64,000 bases of DNA from Eubacteriales bacterium (lineage in GTDB: Bacteria > Bacillota > Clostridia > Oscillospirales > SIG627). Position numbers and translations under genes: made by a program. Each line of letters starts with the position of its first letter. The first letter of the stretch is position 1. The DNA is taken from positions 12,656-76,655 of the forward strand of contig JAZREJ010000041.1 in the NCBI GenBank assembly GCA_045660745.1, in the 5' to 3' direction. This document shows, piece by piece, positions 1-10,412 of the stretch. Under the pieces are notes generated by a model. It ran no database searches and was not told the DNA's origin. It saw nothing but the letters and a program-made list of their open reading frames with translations.

Positions 1-36
1 TTAATTTATTGTGTGATCCACAAAAGAAAAATTTAC

Positions 37-65
37 TTGTAAAACAAAACAAAATGTGATACAAT
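37..65 (+). promoter_or_regulatory. candidate sigma-A promoter for mfd (-35 TTGTAA 37-42, 17-nt spacer, -10 TACAAT 60-65 with upstream TG)
   Basis: Hexamers and spacing read from sequence; -35 is weak. Confidence 0.3.
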
Positions 66-151
66 AAAGGATACATAGAAAAAACAAGGACAAGAAAAGA
101 TGCGCAGTGCATCTTCTTGTCCTTTTCGGCATTGAGTTGCAGGAGAATCCA

Positions 152-3100
152 ATGAAAATATTTTATGAAGCATTAAGACGTGAAAAAGAATATGCGGGAA
201 TACTTGACTCTGTGAAAAAAAGGCGTTCCTCTCTTGTTTCGGGCATTGTCACGGGCCTCAGACCCGTGTTTTTGCAGTCACTTGTCAATGATATCGGAAA
301 GACGGTTATTGCGGTTCTTTCGGATGAGCGCGAGGCACTTTCTCTTTACGAGCAGTTTTCGTCAAGCGGATTGAATTCCGCTTTCCTTCCCGCACGAGAG
401 ATACTTTTAGGAGAGGTCGAGGCTGCCGGGCACGACCTTGAAAATTCCCGTCTTCGTGTCTTTTCGAGCCTTGCAAACGCGGAGCTTGACGTCGTTTTTA
501 CAACGGGCGAAGCACTTGCTCAGTATACTGTACCACGTGAGCGACTTCTTGAAAGCAGTGTAACCCTTAAAAGCGGTCAGGAGATAGAGCAGGATAAGGT
601 TATAAAAGCGTTTTCAAATATGGGGTATACAAGATGTGACATGGTTGACGGAAAGGGTCAATTTTCCAAGAGAGGCGACCTTATTGATGTATTCCCGTCC
701 CATCTTGATTATCCTGTAAGAATCGAGTTTTTTGGAGATGAAATAGATACAGTCTCCGCTTTTGATCCCGTGACTCAAAGAAGAGTCGATACTGTTAAGA
801 GCGTCACCGTTACCCCTTCTTTCGAGCTTTGGGCAGACAGCGACGCCAAAGAAGCCCTTATATCGGATTTTGATATGGCGGTCAAAAAAGGGGAGACAGA
901 CGTCTCCCGCGCGGCGTCAGTTGAACGAGAAAAGATAAAGGAAACGGGTGGATTCTGTGCCGAGCTATATATAAATTATCTGTTCCCGGAGCGTGCAACG
1001 TCACTTTCACATCTGCCCGATGATACTGTTTTTTGCCTGTTTGACAGCGACAGGATAGTTTCCCGTCTTGAGGGTGCCTTTGATATTATCTGCGAGGGTG
1101 TGGAAAACACGGTTAAAAGCCGTCCCGAGCTTTCTTTCATAAACACTTGCGTTCCAATGGAGGAGCCGAAGGACTTTATTGAAAAGGTTTGCTCAAGACC
1201 TTTTATTCTCGTTGATTCTCTGCGCTCGGCAAATGGAATAAAATTTGACGATATTTTTGAATTTTCTTCTCGAAAGAGTATAAATATGGCGCAGAATCCC
1301 GACCTGTTCTTTGATGACGTTTCGGCATTCCATAAGGGCGGTTACATGACTGTCATTATGACTCAGAACAGCGTTTCGGCTGAGAATCTTGTGTCCGCTC
1401 TTACATCCCGTTCTGTTCCCGCGGTGCTGAATCCGGAATTTGAAAATATAACGGGTAAGGCAGTAGTAGTGCTTTGCGCCATGCAGGGGCAGACAAGACG
1501 CTACTCTTTTTCTGAGGGGTTCGAGCTTACAAAAAGCCGTTTCGTGCTTCTTTTCGACAACGCTCCGAATATAACCGAGTCGCGTTCCCGCCGTCACAGA
1601 ACGCGCTATAAGTCGGACTCGAAAGAGCGTATTATGTCCTACAACGAGCTGTCGGTGGGGGACTTTGTTGTTCATATAAACCATGGAATAGGTGTATACG
1701 GAGGTATCAAAAGCATTGAGACCGACGGTGTGCAAAAGGACTATCTTGTGCTCAATTACGCACAAGGAGACGTTTTGTACGTTCCTTGCAACAGCCTTGA
1801 TTCGGTATCTAAATATATCGGTGCGGGAGAGGGCGCTGGAGTCAAGATAAACAGACTTTCGTCAGCCGATTGGCAGAAAACAAAGAGTCGCGCCAAGAGT
1901 GCCGCGAAGGATATTGCAAAGGAGCTTATAAAGCTCTATTCTTCCCGCCGTGCCACGAAGGGACACGCTTTTTCTCCCGACAGCCCATGGCAGGCTGAGT
2001 TTGAGGGAGCATTCGGCTATGAGGAGACCGGCGGTCAGCTTGATGCTGTAGAGGATATCAAGCAGGACATGGAAAGCGAAGTCCCCATGGACAGGCTTCT
2101 TTGCGGAGACGTAGGATTTGGCAAGACCGAGGTTGCGCTTCGCGGTGTGTTCAAATGTGTTACGGACTCTATGCAGGCGGCAATTCTCGCGCCTACTACA
2201 GTGCTTGCGTGGCAGCATTACAACACTATCGTTTCAAGATTCCGAGGGTTCCCCGTTAAGGTTGCCATGCTTTCAAGATTTTCCACCAAGTCACAGATCA
2301 AGGAAGCGCTTGAGGGAATAGAGGACGGAAGCGTCGATATAGTTGTTGGAACACACAGACTTTTGCAAAAGGACGTAAAATTCAAGAGACTAGGTTTTCT
2401 TGTGGTAGATGAGGAGCAGAGATTTGGTGTAACTCATAAAGAAAAGCTAAAAGAGATGTCGGTGGGGGTTGACGTGCTCACCCTTACAGCTACCCCGATC
2501 CCGAGGACCCTCAACATGGCGCTTTCGGGAATACGCGATATGTCGATTCTTGAGGAGGCACCCGGAGACCGTTTCCCTGTACAGACCTACGTTATGGAGT
2601 TTGACGAGAATACCGTGTATGAAGCCATAAGACGCGAAGTCAGACGTGGAGGACAGGTATTCTATCTTCTCAACAACACCGAGGCGCTTGAAGGCCGCGC
2701 CAAAAGAATTATGGATGCGGTGGACGGAGTTACCGTTGCCACAGCCCACGGAAAGCTTGACAGGGAAGAGCTTTCGGAGATATGGCGGGATATGTACGAC
2801 GGAAAGATAGACGTGCTTGTATGTACCACGATAATCGAAACGGGAGTTGACGTTCCAAACGCCAATACCCTCATAATAGAGAATGCCGACCGATACGGAC
2901 TGTCTCAGCTTCATCAGATAAGAGGACGAGTAGGACGCAGTAACCGCCGTGCTTTTGCTTACCTCACCTATAAGAGAGGGCGCGAGGTATCGGAGCTTGC
3001 CGAAAAGAGACTTTCCGCAATACGAGAGTATACCGAATTCGGGTCGGGCTTTAAGATAGCTATGCGAGACCTTGAGATAAGAGGTGCGGGAAATATTCTC

Positions 3101-3661
3101 GGCGCCGAACAGCACGGACACATGGACAGTGTGGGATATGACCTTTATATAAGGCTTCTTGATGAGGCAATGCGTGAGGAAAAGGGTGAGGCGGTAGAGG
3201 CGCCGGTTGAGGAGCTTCCTTCGGTAGACCTTTCGATAGACGCATTTATCCCGAACGGATATATTTCTTCCGAAAAAATGCGAATTGATGCCTATAAAAA
3301 GATATCCCAAATAAAGGATGATGACAGCGAGTGGGAGGTCGTGGACGAGTTCTGCGATCGCTACGGAGAGCCACCGAAATCGGTGATGAACCTCATTGCC
3401 GTGGCAAAGCTTCGTCCCGCGCTTGCCGAGTGCGGAATAAAAAAGGTCAATCAGACCGAGGACAGAATATATATCTACACCTCTCCCGAGGACAGACGTG
3501 CGGGCGAGGCGCTCGGAATGCTTTGGCGAGGAAAGCTTTCCTTTTGCTCCGCAACCTCTCCTTATTTTATATTCCGTCCCGAAAAGAAAAAAATTCTTGA
3601 AGAATTTACCGCTCTTGTGAGTGAGTATAAAATTATTCTTGAAAAAATGCGCAAAGGGTAG
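152..3661 (+). CDS. mfd: transcription-repair coupling factor Mfd
   Basis: ORF track 107..3661. SF2 helicase motifs GDVGFGKTEVA, DEEQRFG and QLHQIRGRVGRS; CarD-like segment GDFVVHINHGIGVY. Start moved to ATG 152 behind AGGAGA (141-146). Confidence 0.95.
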   Translation: MKIFYEALRREKEYAGILDSVKKRRSSLVSGIVTGLRPVFLQSLVNDIGKTVIAVLSDEREALSLYEQFSSSGLNSAFLPAREILLGEVEAAGHDLENSRLRVFSSLANAELDVVFTTGEALAQYTVPRERLLESSVTLKSGQEIEQDKVIKAFSNMGYTRCDMVDGKGQFSKRGDLIDVFPSHLDYPVRIEFFGDEIDTVSAFDPVTQRRVDTVKSVTVTPSFELWADSDAKEALISDFDMAVKKGETDVSRAASVEREKIKETGGFCAELYINYLFPERATSLSHLPDDTVFCLFDSDRIVSRLEGAFDIICEGVENTVKSRPELSFINTCVPMEEPKDFIEKVCSRPFILVDSLRSANGIKFDDIFEFSSRKSINMAQNPDLFFDDVSAFHKGGYMTVIMTQNSVSAENLVSALTSRSVPAVLNPEFENITGKAVVVLCAMQGQTRRYSFSEGFELTKSRFVLLFDNAPNITESRSRRHRTRYKSDSKERIMSYNELSVGDFVVHINHGIGVYGGIKSIETDGVQKDYLVLNYAQGDVLYVPCNSLDSVSKYIGAGEGAGVKINRLSSADWQKTKSRAKSAAKDIAKELIKLYSSRRATKGHAFSPDSPWQAEFEGAFGYEETGGQLDAVEDIKQDMESEVPMDRLLCGDVGFGKTEVALRGVFKCVTDSMQAAILAPTTVLAWQHYNTIVSRFRGFPVKVAMLSRFSTKSQIKEALEGIEDGSVDIVVGTHRLLQKDVKFKRLGFLVVDEEQRFGVTHKEKLKEMSVGVDVLTLTATPIPRTLNMALSGIRDMSILEEAPGDRFPVQTYVMEFDENTVYEAIRREVRRGGQVFYLLNNTEALEGRAKRIMDAVDGVTVATAHGKLDREELSEIWRDMYDGKIDVLVCTTIIETGVDVPNANTLIIENADRYGLSQLHQIRGRVGRSNRRAFAYLTYKRGREVSELAEKRLSAIREYTEFGSGFKIAMRDLEIRGAGNILGAEQHGHMDSVGYDLYIRLLDEAMREEKGEAVEAPVEELPSVDLSIDAFIPNGYISSEKMRIDAYKKISQIKDDDSEWEVVDEFCDRYGEPPKSVMNLIAVAKLRPALAECGIKKVNQTEDRIYIYTSPEDRRAGEALGMLWRGKLSFCSATSPYFIFRPEKKKILEEFTALVSEYKIILEKMRKG

Positions 3662-3729
3662 AAATTTTAATAATTTTGTATTATAATGTTTACCATATTA
3701 TCAAAATAAACTGAAAGGTTTTGCTTTTT

Positions 3730-4794
3730 ATGAAAAAAACAGGAGTTGTTTTACTCGTTTTTCTAATGCTTTGCACCTCGTTCCTTTTTTCTTGTTCCGA
3801 GGAAAAGAGCGAGAGCGCGATAAGATACGGCGAGGCAGAATACGACGAAAGACTTTTTATGTATGAGCTTTCAAGATACAAGACCGAGTTCCTTGCATCT
3901 CTCGGAATTCAGGGAAGTGATGCTCCCGAACTGTGGCAGACAGCAATGGGAACGGGAAGCGACGGCACCGTAATAACCATCGGCGATTATATTTATCAGG
4001 AATGCCTTCTCAATATGCGCATCACCCTCTTTTTTGCGGATTACGCAAAGAAGCACGGCGGTGAAATAACCTCTGCGCAGAAGAAAGAGCTTGATGCGTA
4101 TATGGACAATATTGTTGCGACCCTCGGATCTAAATCCGCAGTGAACAGTTATCTTGAGGAGTTCGGTATTGATTACGATTTGTACAGAAAGCATCTTGAT
4201 ATCAACCAGCTCAGCGTGAACGGAATCTCACTTGCTTATGCAAAGGGCGGTGACAGGTATATCACGGTGGACGAGGAGCGCGATTACTACAGAGAAAACT
4301 TTATTACCGTCAAGCATATCACCATAGGAACCGAAATTGCAGGCTCAGACCAAGAGGGTAACTATATTTATTATACCGATGAGGAAAAAGCCGAAAAACA
4401 GGCGAAAATTGACGATATCCGCGCAAGAATCGCGGCGGGTGAGGATTTTGATGTTCTCTGTGCCGAGAGTGAAGACAACTTCCTTGAAACATATCCCAAG
4501 GGGTACACAATAACAGAAGGTGCTCTTACGGGTGAAAAGGAAGGCTACGGCAAGGCAGCTCTTCTTCTTGACATGGGAGAAGTAACAGAGTGGAAAATGG
4601 AAGGCTTTGGATATTACTTCATCAAGCGAGTTGAGCTTAACGAGGACGATTTTGAATACTGCAGAGAGTATATCTATCCGATACTTGAGGAGCAGGATAA
4701 AACCGTTGCGGTAGTTGAAAACGCCGAAAACTTTGTGGAAAACGTTGATATCATTTCAAGTTATACTCTTGCAAACGTACCTGTAATGAAATAA
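3730..4794 (+). CDS. PrsA/SurA-like foldase lipoprotein with degenerate parvulin-type PPIase domain
   Basis: ORF track 3721..4794; start moved to ATG 3730 (MKKTGVVLL). Lipobox LFSC. Parvulin-like stretch VKHITIG..GEDFDVLCAESED..GYYFIKR. Confidence 0.7.
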   Translation: MKKTGVVLLVFLMLCTSFLFSCSEEKSESAIRYGEAEYDERLFMYELSRYKTEFLASLGIQGSDAPELWQTAMGTGSDGTVITIGDYIYQECLLNMRITLFFADYAKKHGGEITSAQKKELDAYMDNIVATLGSKSAVNSYLEEFGIDYDLYRKHLDINQLSVNGISLAYAKGGDRYITVDEERDYYRENFITVKHITIGTEIAGSDQEGNYIYYTDEEKAEKQAKIDDIRARIAAGEDFDVLCAESEDNFLETYPKGYTITEGALTGEKEGYGKAALLLDMGEVTEWKMEGFGYYFIKRVELNEDDFEYCREYIYPILEEQDKTVAVVENAENFVENVDIISSYTLANVPVMK

Positions 4795-4805
4795 GGAGAA
4801 AAATC

Positions 4806-5870
4806 ATGAAAAGAATACTTTTAATTGTTTTAGCGTTTCTTTTGTGCGTATCAGTCTTTTCCTGTTCTTCCGAAAAGAGCGAAGAACGGAATGAGATCTC
4901 ACTTCCCAAAGGAACTGTTCTCGGCTACGGAGACACTTACGTCACAGAAAGCTATTTCCTTTCCGAGGTAGCTATGTATAAGTCGAGTTATCTTTACTCG
5001 GTGATGGGTGTTGACGGAGATGTCGAGGGGCTTTGGGACGAGGCATCAAACGAGGAAGGTGTTACCAAGGGCGAGGCTATTTTGAATCTTGCGCTTGAGG
5101 AATGCTTTGCAATGGCATGGGTTGTTGACTGGGGTAAGAAAAACGGAATCGAGCTTACCGACGAGGACAGAGCGCTTATCGACGAGGATATTGCAACCGT
5201 GAGCGAGCAGTACGGCGGTTATGAAAATTTCATTGCAGCAATTAAGGAAAGTGGTCTTACCGAGGAAGAGTTTTATGCAAATTCCGAGTTTTCCCTTCTT
5301 TATGAGAAGGCTATAACGGTACTTACCGCAGAGGGCGGAGATTATGAGATATCCTCTGATGAGATAAACAAATATTTTGCGGAAAACTTTGTTGCCGTAA
5401 AGCATATTTATGTCAACAACGTTGCCGAGATGAACGAGGAAGGTACCTACGTTCAGATATCCTCCGAAACTTATGATGAGAAGATGCAGAAGGCAGACAG
5501 TATGGAGAATGCTCTTAAGAACGGGGAGGATTTTGACCTTCTTTATGCAATGTCGGATGACGGTATGCAGGCGGCATATCCCAACGGAATGGTGATTACA
5601 ACAGGGGATGTTGCATCTGTTGATTATGAGAAAGCGTGCTTCTCTCTTAAGGTTGACGAATGGAAGAGAGTGGATATTCCGATGTACGGAATATACTTCA
5701 TTAAGCGCGTTGCAGTGCCCGAGGATCTTGGTGCACAGAGACTTGCAGAGGTTCCCTACTACATGAGAGCCGATGTTCAGCATAAGATATGGGAAGACCA
5801 TCAGGATGAGTTTATCGTAAACTTTGACCTCGTTGATAAGATCGACGTTGCAGCTATTCCAGTAGGATAA
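4806..5870 (+). CDS. PrsA/SurA-like foldase lipoprotein, paralog of the preceding gene
   Basis: Signal peptide plus lipobox VFSC. Same architecture: VKHIYV..GEDFDLLYAMSDD..GIYFIKR. RBS GGAGAA upstream. Confidence 0.7.
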   Translation: MKRILLIVLAFLLCVSVFSCSSEKSEERNEISLPKGTVLGYGDTYVTESYFLSEVAMYKSSYLYSVMGVDGDVEGLWDEASNEEGVTKGEAILNLALEECFAMAWVVDWGKKNGIELTDEDRALIDEDIATVSEQYGGYENFIAAIKESGLTEEEFYANSEFSLLYEKAITVLTAEGGDYEISSDEINKYFAENFVAVKHIYVNNVAEMNEEGTYVQISSETYDEKMQKADSMENALKNGEDFDLLYAMSDDGMQAAYPNGMVITTGDVASVDYEKACFSLKVDEWKRVDIPMYGIYFIKRVAVPEDLGAQRLAEVPYYMRADVQHKIWEDHQDEFIVNFDLVDKIDVAAIPVG

Positions 5871-5877
5871 TAACAAA

Positions 5878-5908
5878 GCCCTTACATGAAAAAAGTGTAA
5901 GGGCTTTT
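5878..5908 (+). terminator. rho-independent terminator after the PrsA-like pair
   Basis: Stem GCCCTTACA (5878-5886) / TGTAAGGGC (5896-5904) followed by TTTT. Confidence 0.8.
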
Positions 5909-5912
5909 CGTA

Positions 5913-5926
5913 TGTAACGCTTTACG
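5913..5926. promoter_or_regulatory. candidate LacI-family operator half-palindrome TGTAACGCTTTACG
   Basis: Imperfect dyad centred on CG/GC, resembling TGTAAnCGnTTACA-type LacI/CcpA sites. A second dyad TACGAA-N5-TTCGTA lies at 6010-6026. Confidence 0.3.
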
Positions 5927-6079
5927 CAACAAATAGATTTTGAATATTTTAAAAAGGTGGGACTGTAGCTCTTTACGGAATGGGCGAGAAATAGGGTGAA
6001 TTTACTTTTTACGAAAAAAATTCGTATAAAGAAATATTGCTTTTCGACTTTTTGTGTGGTAATATGTGGGGGAGGTGAA

Positions 6080-7060
6080 ATGATGCTAACCTATAAAAAG
6101 ATAGCTTCTCTTGCGGGTGTTTCCGAATCTACTGTTTCAAAGGCTTTGACGGGTAGTGCGGAAATTGCACAGTCTACCGTAGAGAAGGTGAGAAGGATTG
6201 CTTGTGAGCAAGGATATTATAAGGCAAAAAGGGAGCTTAAGAGAAATAATTCTTCTGTATTTGCTCCGCATATTGCCATAATTTGCCCTGAGATAATAAG
6301 TGTTTTTTACTCCTCGGTTGCGGAAGCTCTTATAGAGAGAATAACCTCTTCAGGAGGACGGGCAACCATTGCTATCAGCCGTTTCGGTGCTTCCGAGGCT
6401 GAACATATCGCAGACAGTATTGCGCATGACCCCGACTTTGACGGAATAATTTCAATGCAGAGCCTTTCTAATTATTCGTCTTTGAATATTCCTGCTGTGT
6501 TTTTGACGGGAGCTTATTGCGGTGAGGCGGATTCTGTAGGCTGTAATATGTCTGCCAGCATAGAGTCGCTTGTTTGTCACCTTGCCGAAACAGGACACAA
6601 AAGAATAGGCTTTATAGGTGAAATGTATACTGTATATAAGGAAAGTATGTTCAGACAGTGTATGAAAAAACATGGATTTGATATTGTCGAGGAGCTTATT
6701 ATCAGAAGTGATAAAAGGTTTTTCAATGTCGGCAAAGAAGCTTTCGCTTCTTATTCCGAAAGAGGTATTTTCCCTGACGGTGTTATTTGTGCTTATGATG
6801 AAATTGCCTTTGGGTTTATGAGTGAGGCACAGAAAAAAGGAATGACAATCCCTGATGATATATCGGTGACAGGTATTAACGATACACCCTTTGCCGAGTT
6901 TTCAACCCCTCCGCTTACAACTACCTCCTCACGCCGTGAGGATATCGCCCATGCCGCATATGACATATTGATTTCAAGAATACTCGGCTCAAGATTGCCG
7001 CCTAAAAATATATGCTACGAAGGCTTTGTTGTGAAAAGACAGAGCGTTAAGAAAAGATAG
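6080..7060 (+). CDS. LacI family transcriptional regulator
   Basis: ORF track 5996..7060; start moved to ATG 6080 behind GGAGGTG. N-terminal HTH MLTYKKIASLAGVSESTVSKALTG, followed by a periplasmic-binding-protein-like sugar-binding fold. Confidence 0.9.
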   Translation: MMLTYKKIASLAGVSESTVSKALTGSAEIAQSTVEKVRRIACEQGYYKAKRELKRNNSSVFAPHIAIICPEIISVFYSSVAEALIERITSSGGRATIAISRFGASEAEHIADSIAHDPDFDGIISMQSLSNYSSLNIPAVFLTGAYCGEADSVGCNMSASIESLVCHLAETGHKRIGFIGEMYTVYKESMFRQCMKKHGFDIVEELIIRSDKRFFNVGKEAFASYSERGIFPDGVICAYDEIAFGFMSEAQKKGMTIPDDISVTGINDTPFAEFSTPPLTTTSSRREDIAHAAYDILISRILGSRLPPKNICYEGFVVKRQSVKKR

Positions 7061-7100
7061 ATTCAGCATAATAAAATAAAAAACTTAAAGGAGAATTAAA

Positions 7101-9032
7101 ATGTATACACACAGACTTGCTGTAAGATGTCTTAATGACCCTGCATGGGTTGATGAATTTTTAAAATACGTTGACGCAAATCCGAATTCATGTCAGGAGG
7201 TTTGGCTTTGCTCGTCATACGCTTTTCCTTCCATTGAAACGCACCGTCAATTTGCTAGAGGAATGAAGCCTGCTCTTGAGAAATTCAAGGCAAGAGGTAT
7301 CCGTGTTGCACTTCAGATATCAAATACCATCGGAGGTCATAACAATACTCTTTCCTCCGACTGTACGGGTCTTATCCGTGACGATTGGCACGCGCCTTAT
7401 TTTGTTTATCCAAACGGAGAGGAATGCCCCGGTAGATTCTGTGCACGCTCTAAAGCCTTTGCAGACTATATAGACGGCGAATTTGAAGCGTATCTTTCCG
7501 AGCTTGACGTGTGCGGTGTATGGATAGACGATGATTTCCGTATGGGTAATCATACTCAGTCCTGTTGGTGTGACTCTTGCATCGAAGAGTTTTCACGCCG
7601 TCAGGGAAGAGAGTATACAAGAGAAGAGCTTGTGCGCCTTGTAAACGATGATTTTGATACAAGAGATGCGTGGATAAAGTTCACAAGCGACAGAGCGCAC
7701 GATGCAGCAAAGCTTTTTGCGGACGTTGTACATAAATATAACCCCACAGCGTATATGGCTCTTCAGCACGGCGCTAACGGATATATGCAGGGCTGCGGCC
7801 ATACGTCTGTTTTTGAAGGCTTTATGGAAGGCTCGGGAGTTGCTCCCAAGTCACGTCCGGGAGGCGGCTCATACGAGGACTTCGACCCCAACACCTTTAT
7901 CAGAAAATATCGTTGGATGTCACATCAGACACGATATCTTCCCGAGTGCGTTGAGGATATCCGTCCCGAAATCGAAAACCTTCCCGACGTTGCCTATGGA
8001 AAAACAATGGCAGGTCTTGCCTTTGAGACAGCCTTCTATTTTGCGGGCGGTGCCACCAGCATGAGCTATGCCACCATGATGCGTCGCAACGAGCCTCTTT
8101 CATGGCTCACGATTCAGCTTCGCGATATGTCAGAAAACTTTGAGTGGTTTTCAAGGCTTTCAAAAATCAATAAGGAAACGAATCCCGACGGCGTTGAGGT
8201 GTACGTTGCCGAAAAGCCTTGGAATTATAAAACCGAAAAGGATTTTGCTTGGGAGCAGATATACTTTGATACGGGCGTTGAGCTTATCCGTGACGGATTT
8301 GGCGTAAACCTCAATAAGATAGGAAAGGTATTCTTCCTCAATAAGCACTATGCCGAGCTTCTCACAGACGACGAAATAAAGATGCTTCTTTCAAAGCCCG
8401 TTGTCTGCGACGGCGAGAGTGCTACCATTCTTACTGAGAGGGGATACGGAGATATGCTTGGTGTTAAGGCTGAGAATATCAAGACAGGCAAGCTTACCGA
8501 AAGACTTGCAGACGGCTATCCTTGGAGCTTTAACTTCTTTGTTCCGAGAGGAGCGCTTCTCACCCTTTCCGACAGAGCAAGAGAAATAACAAAGTATGAA
8601 GTGACCGCAACGGGAGAATATTTCGGCACAGCTTCAGCTTACACCGAGACAACCCTCGGCGGACGCTGGGCGGTTATCGGATACTGTCTCTTCCATCAGA
8701 TTACAAGCTTCGCAAAGAGATGTGCTATCGTTGACGCTATTGAGTGGGCGGGCGGCAAGCTTTCTGCAAAGTTAAATACCCCCGACAGAATGATAGTATT
8801 CCCGAGAGCGGATAAGAGCACAGGCAGACTGCGTGCGGTAAGCCTTGTGAATACAACGGTCGGAAAGGTGTCTGGTGCAATACTCGAGCTTGACGGAGAA
8901 TATACAAAGTGCGAGTGGCGCGCGCTTCACGTTCCGAGCACACCCCTGGAAACAAGAAGCGAGAACGGATCAACGTTTGTAACCATTCCCGATTTTGATG
9001 CTTGGAGCGTGGGAACACTGTTCCTTGACTAA
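7101..9032 (+). CDS. GH42-like TIM-barrel protein of unknown specificity
   Basis: 643 aa, RBS AAGGAG. Segment GVWIDDDFRMGNHTQSCWCDSCIEEF parallels the GH42 WNE...CxCxxC region of the two clear GH42 genes in this window. No further family assignment possible by eye. Confidence 0.5.
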   Translation: MYTHRLAVRCLNDPAWVDEFLKYVDANPNSCQEVWLCSSYAFPSIETHRQFARGMKPALEKFKARGIRVALQISNTIGGHNNTLSSDCTGLIRDDWHAPYFVYPNGEECPGRFCARSKAFADYIDGEFEAYLSELDVCGVWIDDDFRMGNHTQSCWCDSCIEEFSRRQGREYTREELVRLVNDDFDTRDAWIKFTSDRAHDAAKLFADVVHKYNPTAYMALQHGANGYMQGCGHTSVFEGFMEGSGVAPKSRPGGGSYEDFDPNTFIRKYRWMSHQTRYLPECVEDIRPEIENLPDVAYGKTMAGLAFETAFYFAGGATSMSYATMMRRNEPLSWLTIQLRDMSENFEWFSRLSKINKETNPDGVEVYVAEKPWNYKTEKDFAWEQIYFDTGVELIRDGFGVNLNKIGKVFFLNKHYAELLTDDEIKMLLSKPVVCDGESATILTERGYGDMLGVKAENIKTGKLTERLADGYPWSFNFFVPRGALLTLSDRAREITKYEVTATGEYFGTASAYTETTLGGRWAVIGYCLFHQITSFAKRCAIVDAIEWAGGKLSAKLNTPDRMIVFPRADKSTGRLRAVSLVNTTVGKVSGAILELDGEYTKCEWRALHVPSTPLETRSENGSTFVTIPDFDAWSVGTLFLD

Positions 9033-9039
9033 AATCCGT

Positions 9040-10323
9040 ATGAATGACAACGAAATTTTACATAACGGGACTGCTAAAAAAGTACAGCGCCTTTTTACCG
9101 CAGAGCAGACCTTTGAGTATTTTGTACAGATACTTGTAACAGGAGGGTTTCTTGCAACCCTCCTGTCCCGCAACGGAGTACCCGATTTTCTTGTCGGTAT
9201 CATCTCTTCATTTATTTCTCTTACCTGTATTGTTCAGATATTTTCCGCAAAGCTTGTAAGAAAGGCGTCCGGTGTCAAGCGCACAGTCTTTTTGCTGATA
9301 CTTTTCAACGAGATAATATTTTTGCTTTTGTACGTTATACCCCTTTTCAGTATACCGACTTATATCAAATGTATTGTCTTTGTAGTATTTATCTTTACTG
9401 CATACGTGCTTTATAACCTTGTTGCTCCGTTGAAGTTCAGCTGGTATATGCTGTTTGTCCCCACAAACGAGAGAGGAAGATATACCGCTAAAAAAGAGAT
9501 AATATCTCTTTTGGGAGGAATCGTGTTTTCTTTTATTATGGGCACCCTCTCCGATTATTACAACGAGAGGGGACAGGAAAACACAGCGTTTATTATATGC
9601 GCCGTTGCGATATTCGCGGTAAGTGTTGTGCATATATCAAGTATTCTTTCAACCCCTGCACATTCTCTTGACGTTTCTTCGGGCAAAGGATTTTTTTCCT
9701 CACTTAAAGCACTCAAAAACCGCGCGGTAGTTGCCGTTTTGGTGCTTGAAATAATGTGGAGATGCGCAATGTTTATGTCCAATCCTTTTTACGGCATTTA
9801 TCAGACGAAGGAGCTTGGATTTACATTGACACAGGTATCCCTTTTGGCAATAATTCAATCGGTGACACGCTCAAGCGTATCCTTCGGCATGGGTAAAATA
9901 GCCGACAGATACGGATGGAGGATAAATCTTACTCTGTGCCTTTCGGCAGCGTTTGTGTCTTATGGAGTAATGATATTTTGTACCCCGGGAAACGGACTTA
10001 TCATTTACGGACTTCACAACGTCTTTATGGGGATTGCACAGGCGGGCATCAATTCGGGACTTATGAATATATATTTTGATTACGTCCCAACCGCCGAGCG
10101 TACTGCAACCCTCGGAGTCAAGGCTGCTATAGGCGGAGTGTTCGGATTCCTTACCACAACCATTGCGGGTTTATGCCTTGCAAGGATGCAGGAAAGCGAA
10201 ATGAGTATTGCGGGCACTCCCGTTTATGCCCAACAGATACTCTCTCTTGTCAGCGCTATCATTACGGTCATAGCCGTTTTTTATGCATTTTTTGTTATTA
10301 AGCGATTACACAAAGCAGAATAA
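9040..10323 (+). CDS. MFS-type transporter
   Basis: About 12 hydrophobic segments. Start uncertain: ORF track 8995 (TTG), ATG 8998 or ATG 9040, none with a clear SD. Confidence 0.75.
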   Translation: MNDNEILHNGTAKKVQRLFTAEQTFEYFVQILVTGGFLATLLSRNGVPDFLVGIISSFISLTCIVQIFSAKLVRKASGVKRTVFLLILFNEIIFLLLYVIPLFSIPTYIKCIVFVVFIFTAYVLYNLVAPLKFSWYMLFVPTNERGRYTAKKEIISLLGGIVFSFIMGTLSDYYNERGQENTAFIICAVAIFAVSVVHISSILSTPAHSLDVSSGKGFFSSLKALKNRAVVAVLVLEIMWRCAMFMSNPFYGIYQTKELGFTLTQVSLLAIIQSVTRSSVSFGMGKIADRYGWRINLTLCLSAAFVSYGVMIFCTPGNGLIIYGLHNVFMGIAQAGINSGLMNIYFDYVPTAERTATLGVKAAIGGVFGFLTTTIAGLCLARMQESEMSIAGTPVYAQQILSLVSAIITVIAVFYAFFVIKRLHKAE

Positions 10324-10333
10324 TAAATACAAA

Positions 10334-10359
10334 AGCCCGACGTCATTCGTCGGGCTTTA
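10334..10359 (+). terminator. rho-independent terminator after the MFS gene
   Basis: Stem AGCCCGACG (10334-10342) / CGTCGGGCT (10348-10356) then TTT. Confidence 0.75.
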
Positions 10360-10412
10360 CTGATAAAAAATGGATTTTTTTGCATAATTTTGTTTTTTTG
10401 AAAAAATACCCC

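Noticed and set aside
107-151. N-terminal extensions of several track ORFs (107 mfd, 5996 LacI, 18273 rpsL, 18881 rpsG, 26275, 27197, 46823, 51885, 56851, 62012, 34148, 36960)
   Set aside because: In each case an internal start codon is preceded by a proper Shine-Dalgarno sequence and matches the conserved family N-terminus. The extensions have no RBS and read through upstream regulatory sequence.
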